A stretch of 62,880 nt of DNA, filler included, from Octopus bimaculoides (taxonomy: Eukaryota): NCBI RefSeq assembly GCF_001194135.2. It is 8 parts of 7 records of this genome, joined end to end, with 100 filler letters (N's around TTAATTAATTAA, not from the genome) between each part and the next. Parts side by side here need not be neighbours in the genome. Positions count along the whole stretch, not along the records: positions 1 to 16,572 come from NC_069009.1; 7 more parts are not named here. The stretch is one strand, 5' to 3'. Position numbers and translations under genes: made by a program. The notes under the pieces were generated by a model that was given only the letters and a program-made list of their open reading frames with translations, made no database searches and was not told where the DNA came from. Within the stretch, counting starts at the first letter, position 1. Each line of letters begins with the position of its first letter. Shown piece after piece: positions 1 through 10,399 of the stretch.

Positions 1-250
1 GGCGAACCCTGCTGTACTCTTCCACCACAACTTTCTCTCAATCTTACTTCCTGTTTCTGTTGTACCTGTATTTCAAAGGGCCAGCCTTGTCACACTGTGT
101 CACGCTGAATCTCCCCGAGAACTGCATTAAGGGTACACGTGTCTGTGGAATGCTCAGCCACATGCACGTTAATTTCACGAGCAGGCTGTTCCGTTGATCG
201 GATCAACTGGAACCCTCGACGTCGTAAGCGAAGGAGTGCCAACAACAACA
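1..250 (+). mobile_element. SINE family A, central and 3' part (head lies outside the window)
   Basis: 1-90 closely matches the reverse complement of 1880-1977, which belongs to a copy with a tRNA-like head; ends in an (AAC)n tail. Confidence 0.75.
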
Positions 251-690
251 TACATGCAAATATAGTCAGTAAAATTACCATTATCAACATTTTCTTCCAC
301 CATTTCTCTTCCTCTCTTTCTCTCTCTCACTCACTATCTTTTGTTGTCCTTCACTGTATGTGCGTTTCTCTTTGGTAATACTATAAGTATATATAGTTAA
401 CTCCTATATATAGTCACTCCTTATGTGTTTGTATGTATTTGATTAAATGTATCCTGTAGGGTGTATAATATAGCGCCTTTGTGCGTGTGTGTGTGTGTGT
501 GTTGTAGTGTGTATGTATACGTTAGCCACTAGAAGACGTTTTTTCTTTTGGGTTTTTTTTTCACACTTATATACAAATAAGTGTGGAAAGAAACAAGACA
601 AAAACGTTTTGTCGTGGCTAACATATACATACACATTACAACATACACACACGTACAAAGGCGCAATATTATACACACTACAGCATATAT

Positions 691-1400
691 CTAATCAAAT
701 ACACACAAACACATAAGGAGTGACACCCACTTCTCTCTGGTTTGTTGACAAGTGCTGTGTGTGGCTGAGAGCATATCTGAGAGGGCCATTATGAACAGTA
801 GTGGTCTCAAAACAGTGCCTTGCGGAACACCGCTCACTATTTGCGTGTCATTGGAGGTGGCCCCATTGGCTACTACCACCTGACTTCTATCCTTCAGAAA
901 GTCGTGCAGCCATTCTCCCAATTTTCCAATTATGCCGAGATCACGCAGTTTGTGACATATCATTCTATGATCGACTTTCTCAAAGGCCTTTGCAAAGTCG
1001 AGATATATCACTTCCACGTTTGAGTGGTTGAGCAGTTGTTTCAACACCCAGTCATAATGTTGTAAGAGCTGAGTCAGGCAGCTTCTTCCTGGTCGGAAAC
1101 CATATTGGGTGTCAGTCAGCAAGTCATTTGTCTTTAAGGAAGGTGATTAATTTTCTTCTGTCTTTGCTCCATGACCTTGCTGATGTGCGAACTCAGAGAG
1201 ATAGCTCTGTAGATTTTGGCCTCTGCTCTGCTACCTCCCTTATGAATAGGGCATATTTTACCCTCCTTCAGTTTGCTTGGGAGTTTGCTAGTTGCAAGGA
1301 AGCTCTGAAAGAGGGACTGTAGTGTTCTTGCTTTTGTGAAGGATTGCTGGGAATCCATCATGGCCAGTAACTGAGTTTGGGTTCATTTCATCTATAGCCC
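691..1400 (-). mobile_element. CR1/L2-group LINE reverse transcriptase fragment (frameshifted)
   Basis: ORFs 691..1122 and 1134..1361 give ICPIHKGG..YRAISLSSHISKVME, QYGFRPGRSC, YLDFAKAFEKVDH and SGVPQGTVLRPLLF; same family as 10400-14190. Confidence 0.9.
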
Positions 1401-1584
1401 TTATTAAATCGTCTTCCTATATATTGATATAATCAATCATCCCTGCCTTTGTTTTTATATCTGCAGCGGTAAAAAAAAAGTCAGCCAGGGGTGGAGCGAA
1501 AATACTTTTGAACTGCTCATTTAGTATTTCACTTATCCTCATTGGGTTTCCTGTAAGTGAACCATCTTTATATGTTTATGTATA

Positions 1585-1700
<116 letters not shown>

Positions 1701-1876
1701 GTGTATCCATGCAATATTAAGGATTCAAATGAATCAAGTACTTAAATGATAAGCACCAGGTCGGGTCAAATTAACTTGTAAAACAGCACCTTTAATTGAA
1801 TTTATATAATGGGTACTGAAGTACATCCAGTGCAATGTTCAGGTTGTGCATTCAGAGAATTTAACCCTTTTGAGTA

Positions 1877-2112
1877 CCTTGAGTGACAAAGCTGACCCTT
1901 TGAATTACAGGCACAACAGAAACAGGAAGTAAGAGTGAGAGAAAGTTGTGGTGAAAGAGTACAGCAAGGTTCGCCACCATCCCCTGCCGGAGCCACGTGG
2001 AGCTTTAGGTGTTTTCGCTCAATAAACACTCACAACGCCCGGTATGGGAATCGAAACCGCGATCCTACGACCGCGAGTCCGCTGCCCGGACCACTGGGCC
2101 ATTGCACCTCCA
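1877..2112 (-). mobile_element. SINE family A, tRNA-like head plus central domain (3'-truncated)
   Basis: Reverse complement begins gtggaggtgcaatggcccagtggt...ggatcgcggtttcgattccc (Pol III A/B-box-like); central part matches 1-90. Confidence 0.8.
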
Positions 2113-3116
2113 CAATGAATACATTACATCAGAACTAAAACCTCACTTTCTTCGGGTGTTTCAAAGCAGTGTTTGATATGTTATCATCTGAAGAAATCGT
2201 TTTTGTTTTTTAGTACGCACAGAAGTAAACATATACATATGGTCAATTGTTCTGTTCTTATATTATACGCAATCATTCATATTTATGTATGCATGCGTAT
2301 GTCAACACATGTATAATTAAATTAACGTCCAACATAATTATTATGAAAGTTTTTGTAGGTTTTTCTACGCCAAAAGAATCCAAGCCGAATGGCACAGACG
2401 AAACATGAACGGAAATCTCAAGTTGATTTTACAGCTGAAATATTTGCAATTCTCTGGTTTTCTCTTCATAAAATTAGTTGACGACAGCAACAATAACAAC
2501 AGCATATCTTTATTCAGAAGAAGAAAGTGCAATCAGTGCATTTTTCAACAAATATGTTATTGTTGAATAGAAACATTATATTTCTAAATCTCTCAACGAG
2601 AGACATTCATTTACTACCTTAAAGTAAAGATTATTTGCCGACATAATGTGACAGTCCCGATTGGGGCAAATGTTACTGTTGTTTAGCCTCAGGAAACATC
2701 ATTTCCAGTTGGCTATACGACACACTATTTGTGTCCTTATAATTTTCGAACAGGAGAATTTAGCATCACCCCCTAGCACAAAGCAATATCAATGGACTGC
2801 AGTTTCTGGGCTATTTCTCTTCCTCGGCGCAGAATAACTGCTTGGCTGGGATGGTGCTGCTAAATCTCTGTTCGAAAATGTGTTATTGTTATTGCTTTGT
2901 TCTTGTATATTCAGAGAGGTGACATCTTGAAAAAGGTCATTCTTGCCCTCCAGTGCACCTGGGGTCAATATAATAACAGTCATTATTTTAAAAACTGACA
3001 GAAATACCTAATACTTTGCTAGTGTGTTTAAAATAATGAAGTAAACATCATCCCCTTGAAACTTTAATATTTTCACAAAGCTAAATATTTTCCTTATATT
3101 TCTTTATAGATTTAAT

Positions 3117-6100
3117 ATGAAATGCCAAACAAGAAATACTTCAAGAAAACTTACAACTACGAAAAAAGCTTTCTGGAACTCAACAACAAAAAGGGATGAA
3201 GAAGGAATGGACAATAAAAGACGTAAAGGAGAATATAAAAGGAGGGAAATAATTGCAAGACATGATGTTATGGACAAACGCGTATATTATACAAGACGTA
3301 AAGCATATCAAAGCAAAATTAATTTCTTGATAAATTCTAGGGTAAAAATATGTACTTTTTTAAAGTATGTAGGCTTGAATGAAAATGATTTTCTGAAAGA
3401 TTTTAAACAGAGAATAGAAATTGTAACGAAAGATCTTTACAATCAAGAATTCATTAATTTTGAAAAACTTGAATTGTTCCTGGAACACTATTTAGAGAGA
3501 AATATTTTACAAGAAAAACACAAGACCATTCCGGCATCAGAAACAACCGCAAAATTTCGGCCTCTTTGTGCAGTTGTGACCAGAGAAGCAAAGATCGAGG
3601 AATCTCGTGAAGAATTTGCCAACAACACAATATCCAATAGCGTCATCATACAAAACGGGATAATAACATATTCCCGCCATTGTATGACAATATGTTGTGC
3701 GACAACAGACGGTGACACAAATGTTGTTCATTGTCCATCTTCTGTCACCGATTTAACCAGAATCAGTCATGACACAGTTCTGGCCACCCTCCCTTTCCGC
3801 AAATTAATTCTTATTATCAACCCTTTCAGTTTTAAAATCACAAGGATTCAGTTAGGATTATACTTGGTTTCTTTTTTAGAACATTCTACGTTTATAGGTG
3901 TAGAAATGTTCGGTAGGACCATATACGTCATTGATTGGGAAAATAATAGAATTAAATTTGAATTCATTACCAAAGAAACACCTACAGATATTGCTGTAGG
4001 TACACAGAATAAACTCTTATTATCATTTTCCAGTATTAACAGGGTTACCTGTTATAATCTGGACGGCCAGCAGTTATTTGAGGTAGACACCAATTCACTT
4101 GACTTCCCAATCCGTATCACAGTATACCAAAACCATTTTTATGTTCTCCAGGGATATATTGTTTATCGAATTTCAGGTAGAGGTGCTGTGACAACGAGAG
4201 AAATTGGAAGGAAATGCCGCCATATTTCTGTTGGCAAAGATTATATTTTTGTAACCGATTATTTTGATGTCCTTCATATCATTAGAACAAATGAATACTT
4301 TTGGCCTAGGATGTCATATAACCACCTGTTGCGTACCCCAAATTTGAACAACCATATTTGTATTGAAGATTGCTACAACATTACAAATATTCTACCTATG
4401 TCTACATCTTCTATATTAATAACTTACAGGAATAAAAAAGCCATGTTAGTCACTGATACTGGGGAAATAACTAGCCAAAATAATTTAACTTTCCTTGAGC
4501 TTCCTTCTATCTTTTGCAGAATAAACTCTAGCAGATTTCTAGTCTTTTATCATGAAATAAAAGGGCTTCAGTATATCACATGCCCTGAATTAAACGAAGG
4601 CCCTTTAATAAAGGTCCAAACTGATTATATTAGAATATGTCATATTGTATCAAATAAGTGTTTAGCTCTGACCACCAGTGAAAGCATAAACGAGGTCCAT
4701 ATCCTACTGATCAAGGAGGACAAAGTTATTATCATAGAAAAAATGTCTCTAGAACATTCTAATGTCACCATTGCTGCAACACCAATCAATTTTGTAATCG
4801 TAGACAGAAGGAAGAATAAATTGGTATTTTACTCAACATCTGGTGAAGAACTTTTTGAAAAATTCTTTCCATTCTATGGCTACCCTCATCACATCTATTC
4901 TGATAATATTTATTTTTATGTCTTTTTCAAGAGACTGTCTATTGTGATATGTTATGATATATATGGAAACATTAAATGGCAGTGGAAACTACCTTTCCCT
5001 GTTCACCCTCACATTGCTGTTTTCCAAGGAACTGTTTATCTACCGGACACTCAACTCAACAGGGTCCTTCTTTATAAGTATCATGATTGGCCTGGCTGTT
5101 GTTTACACACAAAAAATCCTTATATCAGAAATCTAAATATACAACTCAGAGAAGAGGAAAATGACAAAGTTGTCATTGCCGAAATATGTCAGCTGGCAAA
5201 TGGACAGTTGGTGGTGTCCGACATCAACCATGATTGCTTGTTATACATTTCTAATGAAGGAGACATTGTGTCCAGATTATCTCTGCCGTCTACAGCTACA
5301 GATATATGTCGATGGGATTCTCATCAAATAGGTGTCACATTACCCCTACAGAAACAATTAAGGGTCATTGGAAACCTATCAAAGACAGTTAGAAGTGTAT
5401 CATTAAGGCAGCCTTATGTACGGGTGTGTAAGATGGGTGAAGGTGAAATTGTTTGTTATTGTGATAAATCATCACATTTAGATATTCTAGTCATTAAAAA
5501 CTATAATCAAGTTGAAATAATTCACAGAATTAATATCCCTTTTTTTGTGAAATCATTATCAATAGAAAATGAAACACTAAAGCTATTAATTATTACTAGT
5601 AGAAAAGCTTTTCAGTATAACACAAGTATCGATGGTGGTGGTCATGGCAGTAATACTAGTTGTGGTAGAAGTATTAGTATGAAGATGGTCCCCAGTGTTT
5701 TAATGTCCCAAGTGAAACGTCCCCTCAATCTCTATGGAGGATCTATTGATAAAATATCTGTTTATCTGATAGACAACAGCCGTATGTTCGCTATAAACGA
5801 TCATAATTTGGTGGTTAATGATCTCGTTACAAATAATCAGCTTAATATTTATATCGACCTTGTTGATGTATTTTCCAGAAACATTTGTGCCAGTGAAATG
5901 TTGTCTTCTATGTCATATCTACAGGATCTGACAGTTTCTGATAAGGTTAGAAATATTCATATCCCTCAATGTTTGGAAGAGGACGGGTTTCCGAACACTA
6001 AATGTTGGGCTCTTATTGAAAATAACCTGATTGTGGAATATGACTCAAATACTTTAAACATTAGGTTATTCACATTTGATGGCCAACTTCAGGATTCTAT

Positions 6101-8468
6101 CAAATTTAATGTTGGTCACTTTATCAATATATGTCGATGGCAGTCAAACACATTGGTTATTACTGCTCGAAGTTCTGGTGATAATAATAAATATAAAATT
6201 TTAACATTAAAATTGGAATTTCCGATGTCATTTGTGATTTACCAGACAGAAAATAAATATGAATGCATTGCTTCTTTATCAAATAATCAATTGGTGTGCA
6301 GTAGAAGGGATGATGAATGCAGTTTCTATGTCATTGATATTGACGAAATACATTCGACCGTGAATGAAATAAAAAAAATAGATATACCTGAAACTTTATT
6401 ATTAAGAAAATGGCAATATGATGATAGAAATTATATTAAGAACATTTTTGATATTACAGTTACTGCTCGTGATATCATCATTACCTGCAATGAAAGATTC
6501 CTCATTTTCTTCAATAGTGATGGTCAATATTTACTTTCAAGTAGACACTATATGAAGTATTTTCGTTTTAGCAACAGGATGATGACAACCGATGACAATT
6601 ATTTGCTTATTAATGGTTGGTGGGATAAATATCCTGATCTTTCGGAATATGAAAGCATTGTGTGTTTGACACAGACAGGAGAATACAACAAAATATTTTT
6701 AAATGAAAGAATAGAGAAAGATGGAGTACATTTCTGTAGCATAAACTGTAAAGGACCAAGGTTTGTTGGACGCCGCATGTACAGAAATGAATTATATGTT
6801 GAAGGTTTGTATAAGCTTAATCGGGAAAGATACACTGTTTGTCGTTTACAAACAGACAAGTGTCCTGTTCAAGTAAAAGATATTGATATCTCTGATGAAG
6901 GAAAGACAGTTGTGTGTGAAAAAGCCAATAATGGAAATGTTAAAATATTTGATGAAGACGGGGAGCTGCTATGTCACAGAAATGTGGCAAGTTTAGTTGG
7001 TGGTGTGTGTTTTACGGGGGAAAGAAACATAATGGCCACAGTTCCCAAAAGAAAAGAAATATTTCAACTGAATGGAAAAGATTTGAAGAAATATAAAGTT
7101 TGGAAAAGTCGAGTGCCTTATGGTATAATTTGGAGAATAGTGGGAAATATTTACTGTTGTGTATATATTAACTTGACTGAATTTCATTGCATAAAGATTG
7201 ATGGGGACCAACTGAACATTTTGGAATCTATGTCGCTATTCAATCTTGATTCTGGTATTCATTTCCCGTCTATGACATCTGAAATGAACAAAAGAATATT
7301 CAGTAATGAATTAATTACTAAATTGAAATGCAGTGGAGAAGGAGATGGAGGAAGAAGAAGAGGTAAATCAGGTGAAATAATTGGTAAAGGTACATTAAAG
7401 GTGAGATGTGGTAATTACATCGCAGAAAGCGTGTCTGGAATTGATGAGATATTAGTGAGGAGACTGCCACATAGAACAGCAGTGGCCTTTCTTTCCATTC
7501 CAACATTCGATGAACCTGTTAATTTTGACTATTGGGACATTAAAGACCGGAACAGTAAATTAATTAAGTTAGATGACAATGTCAGTGCGTTGATGTTTAG
7601 AGAAAGTGTCACATTAATCAGCACAACTACAGGTGACATACTTCAACATAAACGAATACCACAACAACCACAACAACAACCACCACTGGACATATGTCGA
7701 TGGACAGATGAATGTTTCATAGTCGTCTTTGCTAAAGAAATGATGGTCTTCAACAGAGATCTCTGTTGTTTAAAAACCATAAAAACTGAGAAATACTACA
7801 ACAGGATTTATAAATACAACGACAATCAACTTGTGTGTGGTGGTCATTATATTAGAGATATAAGTCCACATGAGAGAAACAAGAAATACGAAAAAAAATA
7901 CTATTTCTGGAAACCTTCCATCAGGCTCCTCGACCCCACTTACTTTGACTGCTATTATGTCGATGTAATTGATATCAATGATGGGACATGTAAATATGAA
8001 GTGTGTCAGGGGAAGACGGCGATAGATGAAAACTTAGATGGAGATGTGGTAGTATTTGATGTAGCAGTCACGTGTTATGGTGATGTTGTTGTTACGACTT
8101 GGGAAACTGAGGAGGAACAGTGGGGGAGATATAATGGCTATTTTGTCTGTTGGTACAGGGAACAGTTGCTGGTGAGGAGGATACAACTACAACCACCAGT
8201 TGATATAGATACTTATCATATTTTCAGACCTTGTCTCACCGTAATAGGTGAATATGTTTATATAACAGACATAAAAAACAATATTTACCAAATACCTGAA
8301 CAAATTGAACTGGAGAAATCTGAAGACATTGAAAAGTATTTACTCCTCAGAAATGTTGATAATGAAGTCTACCATGTTCTTGGTTTTGATATTTCAGATA
8401 CTTCTTTCATGACTTTTGGAATTATTCCAGGACGTCAATCATTGGCTTTTTTTCATTATGAAAAATAA
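3117..8468 (+). CDS. 1783-aa intronless ORF or giant terminal exon; basic N-terminus followed by about six tandem NHL-like beta-propeller units
   Basis: 5.35 kb without a stop in AT-rich DNA. Recurring blade motifs: ICQLANGQLVVSD, DICRWDSHQIGVTLP, NICRWQSNTLVIT, DICRWTDECFIVV, IDISDEGKTVVCE, FDVAVTCYGDVVVT. A strong acceptor (tttccttatatttctttatAG, ending 3109) lies just upstream, so the true N-terminus may be in upstream exons. Confidence 0.9.
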   Translation: MKCQTRNTSRKLTTTKKAFWNSTTKRDEEGMDNKRRKGEYKRREIIARHDVMDKRVYYTRRKAYQSKINFLINSRVKICTFLKYVGLNENDFLKDFKQRIEIVTKDLYNQEFINFEKLELFLEHYLERNILQEKHKTIPASETTAKFRPLCAVVTREAKIEESREEFANNTISNSVIIQNGIITYSRHCMTICCATTDGDTNVVHCPSSVTDLTRISHDTVLATLPFRKLILIINPFSFKITRIQLGLYLVSFLEHSTFIGVEMFGRTIYVIDWENNRIKFEFITKETPTDIAVGTQNKLLLSFSSINRVTCYNLDGQQLFEVDTNSLDFPIRITVYQNHFYVLQGYIVYRISGRGAVTTREIGRKCRHISVGKDYIFVTDYFDVLHIIRTNEYFWPRMSYNHLLRTPNLNNHICIEDCYNITNILPMSTSSILITYRNKKAMLVTDTGEITSQNNLTFLELPSIFCRINSSRFLVFYHEIKGLQYITCPELNEGPLIKVQTDYIRICHIVSNKCLALTTSESINEVHILLIKEDKVIIIEKMSLEHSNVTIAATPINFVIVDRRKNKLVFYSTSGEELFEKFFPFYGYPHHIYSDNIYFYVFFKRLSIVICYDIYGNIKWQWKLPFPVHPHIAVFQGTVYLPDTQLNRVLLYKYHDWPGCCLHTKNPYIRNLNIQLREEENDKVVIAEICQLANGQLVVSDINHDCLLYISNEGDIVSRLSLPSTATDICRWDSHQIGVTLPLQKQLRVIGNLSKTVRSVSLRQPYVRVCKMGEGEIVCYCDKSSHLDILVIKNYNQVEIIHRINIPFFVKSLSIENETLKLLIITSRKAFQYNTSIDGGGHGSNTSCGRSISMKMVPSVLMSQVKRPLNLYGGSIDKISVYLIDNSRMFAINDHNLVVNDLVTNNQLNIYIDLVDVFSRNICASEMLSSMSYLQDLTVSDKVRNIHIPQCLEEDGFPNTKCWALIENNLIVEYDSNTLNIRLFTFDGQLQDSIKFNVGHFINICRWQSNTLVITARSSGDNNKYKILTLKLEFPMSFVIYQTENKYECIASLSNNQLVCSRRDDECSFYVIDIDEIHSTVNEIKKIDIPETLLLRKWQYDDRNYIKNIFDITVTARDIIITCNERFLIFFNSDGQYLLSSRHYMKYFRFSNRMMTTDDNYLLINGWWDKYPDLSEYESIVCLTQTGEYNKIFLNERIEKDGVHFCSINCKGPRFVGRRMYRNELYVEGLYKLNRERYTVCRLQTDKCPVQVKDIDISDEGKTVVCEKANNGNVKIFDEDGELLCHRNVASLVGGVCFTGERNIMATVPKRKEIFQLNGKDLKKYKVWKSRVPYGIIWRIVGNIYCCVYINLTEFHCIKIDGDQLNILESMSLFNLDSGIHFPSMTSEMNKRIFSNELITKLKCSGEGDGGRRRGKSGEIIGKGTLKVRCGNYIAESVSGIDEILVRRLPHRTAVAFLSIPTFDEPVNFDYWDIKDRNSKLIKLDDNVSALMFRESVTLISTTTGDILQHKRIPQQPQQQPPLDICRWTDECFIVVFAKEMMVFNRDLCCLKTIKTEKYYNRIYKYNDNQLVCGGHYIRDISPHERNKKYEKKYYFWKPSIRLLDPTYFDCYYVDVIDINDGTCKYEVCQGKTAIDENLDGDVVVFDVAVTCYGDVVVTTWETEEEQWGRYNGYFVCWYREQLLVRRIQLQPPVDIDTYHIFRPCLTVIGEYVYITDIKNNIYQIPEQIELEKSEDIEKYLLLRNVDNEVYHVLGFDISDTSFMTFGIIPGRQSLAFFHYEK

Positions 8469-8469
8469 A
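8464..8469 (+). promoter_or_regulatory. Candidate polyadenylation signal AATAAA overlapping the stop codon of the 1783-aa ORF
   Basis: gaaAAATAAat, with TAA at 8466-8468. Confidence 0.3.
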
Positions 8470-8591
8470 TATCTTGATAAATAGCAAACTCTGTTGGTGT
8501 TGTTACTGGGTTCTCCTGGAAATCGAACTTGTATTACTTGCATTGCATTCTAAACACTACTGATTATTGTTGTAGCTATTTTCAACACTCA

Positions 8592-8631
<40 letters not shown>

Positions 8632-8681
8632 NNNNNNNNNNNNNNNNNNNNNNNNNNNNNNNNNNNNNNNNNNNNNNNNNN

Positions 8682-8715
<34 letters not shown>

Positions 8716-9136
8716 TCTCTCTTTTTACTCTTTTACTTGTTTCAGTCATTTGACTGTGGCCATGCTGGAGCACCGCCTTTAATCGAGCAAATCGACCCCA
8801 GGACTTATTCTTTGTAAGTCTAGTACTTATTCTATTGGTCCCTTTTGCCGAACCGCTAAGTTACGGGGACGTAAACACAATAGCATCGGTTGTCAAGCGA
8901 TGTTGTGGAGACAAACACAGACACACAAACATATACACACACAAACATACATATATATATATATACATATATACGACAGGCTTCTTTCAGTTTCCGTCTA
9001 CCAAATTCACTCACAAGGCTTTGGTCGGCTCAAGGCTATAGTAGAAGACACTTACCCAAGGTGCCACGCAGTGGGAATGAACCCGGAACCATGTGGTTGG
9101 TAAGCAAACTACTTACCACACAGCTACTCCTGCGCC
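8716..9136 (-). mobile_element. SINE family B (tRNA-derived head, CORE-like segment, internal TA/CA tract, (GTAAAAGA)n tail), full length
   Basis: Closely similar to copies at 23369, 38772 and 57970; head gagtagctgtgtggtaag...ggttccgggttcattccc. Confidence 0.9.
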
Positions 9137-9289
9137 TATATATATACATATATGCACATATATGACAGAAGTAGATAGACAACCCATAAAACGTCGTTTT
9201 ATATTTATTACTTTAACTTGAAATGGCTTATATATCTTATCAGTTGACATTTTATGTTTCAGGTTCTATATGTGACTATTTAATCATAC

Positions 9290-9800
9290 CATGTGCAAAA
9301 GAAGCCTCGGAGCAGTCTGAATTTCAAAGGGGCCGTATTGTGGGTCATTCTGAAGGTGAACATAACGTAAGATCGCAGAAAACCTTGGGGTCCCGCTTCC
9401 TACAGTTAATGGAAGGATTGTGCCACTCACCAGACAGGAGAAGGAGTCCACATCAGATCAACCAGGGCCTTCTGACAGGACCCTTCTCTTTGTGAAGAGA
9501 TGTGTGGAAGATATTCCTCGCTGTAAGGTCTCAGAATATGTTGATATCAGTCCCAGGACAGCTGTCAGATATCTCCATAAACTTGGTTACTATGGCTGAA
9601 CAGCAAGAAGGAAGCCACTTTTTCGACCAGAGAACATCAGATGGTGTAGAAGCCACTAGCATTTTGGGACGCTGTCATATTCTCTGATGAGTGCAGATTT
9701 GCTACGTTTCCTGACAGTGTTCGAGTGTGGGTCTGGAAACTCTGTGATCAAGTATTTGATGTGAAAAGATTGCAACCAACAATGAAACATGGCAGCTATT
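9290..9800 (+). mobile_element. Tc1-like transposase relic
   Basis: Frameshifted SEFQRGRIVGHSEG, a paired-like HTH region, DECRF-like segment at 9687-9705 and LQPTMKHG. Confidence 0.8.
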
Positions 9801-9839
9801 CGTTACAAAACGAATTCGTTACAAAACCGCTTTCTTTTT

Positions 9840-10390
9840 ACTATCGTTTGTTTTTCACGTTATCTTTTTTTTACTGCTGTCCTCTCCATCTTTTGTTTTT
9901 CTCTTTCATTCATATCCTCCTTACCTGCTCCTCCTCTCTCTCTTTCCTACCTTCTCCTTCTTCTCTCTTCTTTCCTTCCTCTTTACATCTTTTTCCTGGT
10001 TCTCTCTCTCTCTCTTTGTCTCTCTCTACATCTACCTCTCTCCTTCCCTGTTTCATACATCTCACTTTTTCTCTCCTCTCCCACCCTTTCATATCTTCCT
10101 CCTTTTCTCACTTCTCCTTCCCTTTCTTTGTCTCATACTACATCTACGTCTCCCCTCTCATCTTACCCCCTCATTTTCCCTCCTCTTTCCACTCCGTCTC
10201 TCCCTTTCCCACACATCCTTCATTCTCTCCTCTCTCTCTCTCTTTCTTTTCCTCTCCTCTCCCTTCTTCTGTCTCGCTATCGCTCCATACCCACCTTCTC
10301 TTTATTCATATCACCCTCTATCCTTCCCTCTCTCTCTGTCTTTCTTCCGCTCTACCTCCCTCTGTCTCTCACTTCCTCACTATCCTCCCG
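9840..10390. repeat. Pyrimidine-rich (CT) low-complexity tract
   Basis: About 550 bp almost entirely C/T on the + strand; explains spurious ORFs 9725, 9789 and 9910. Confidence 0.9.
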
Positions 10391-10399
10391 TCTGGGCTT

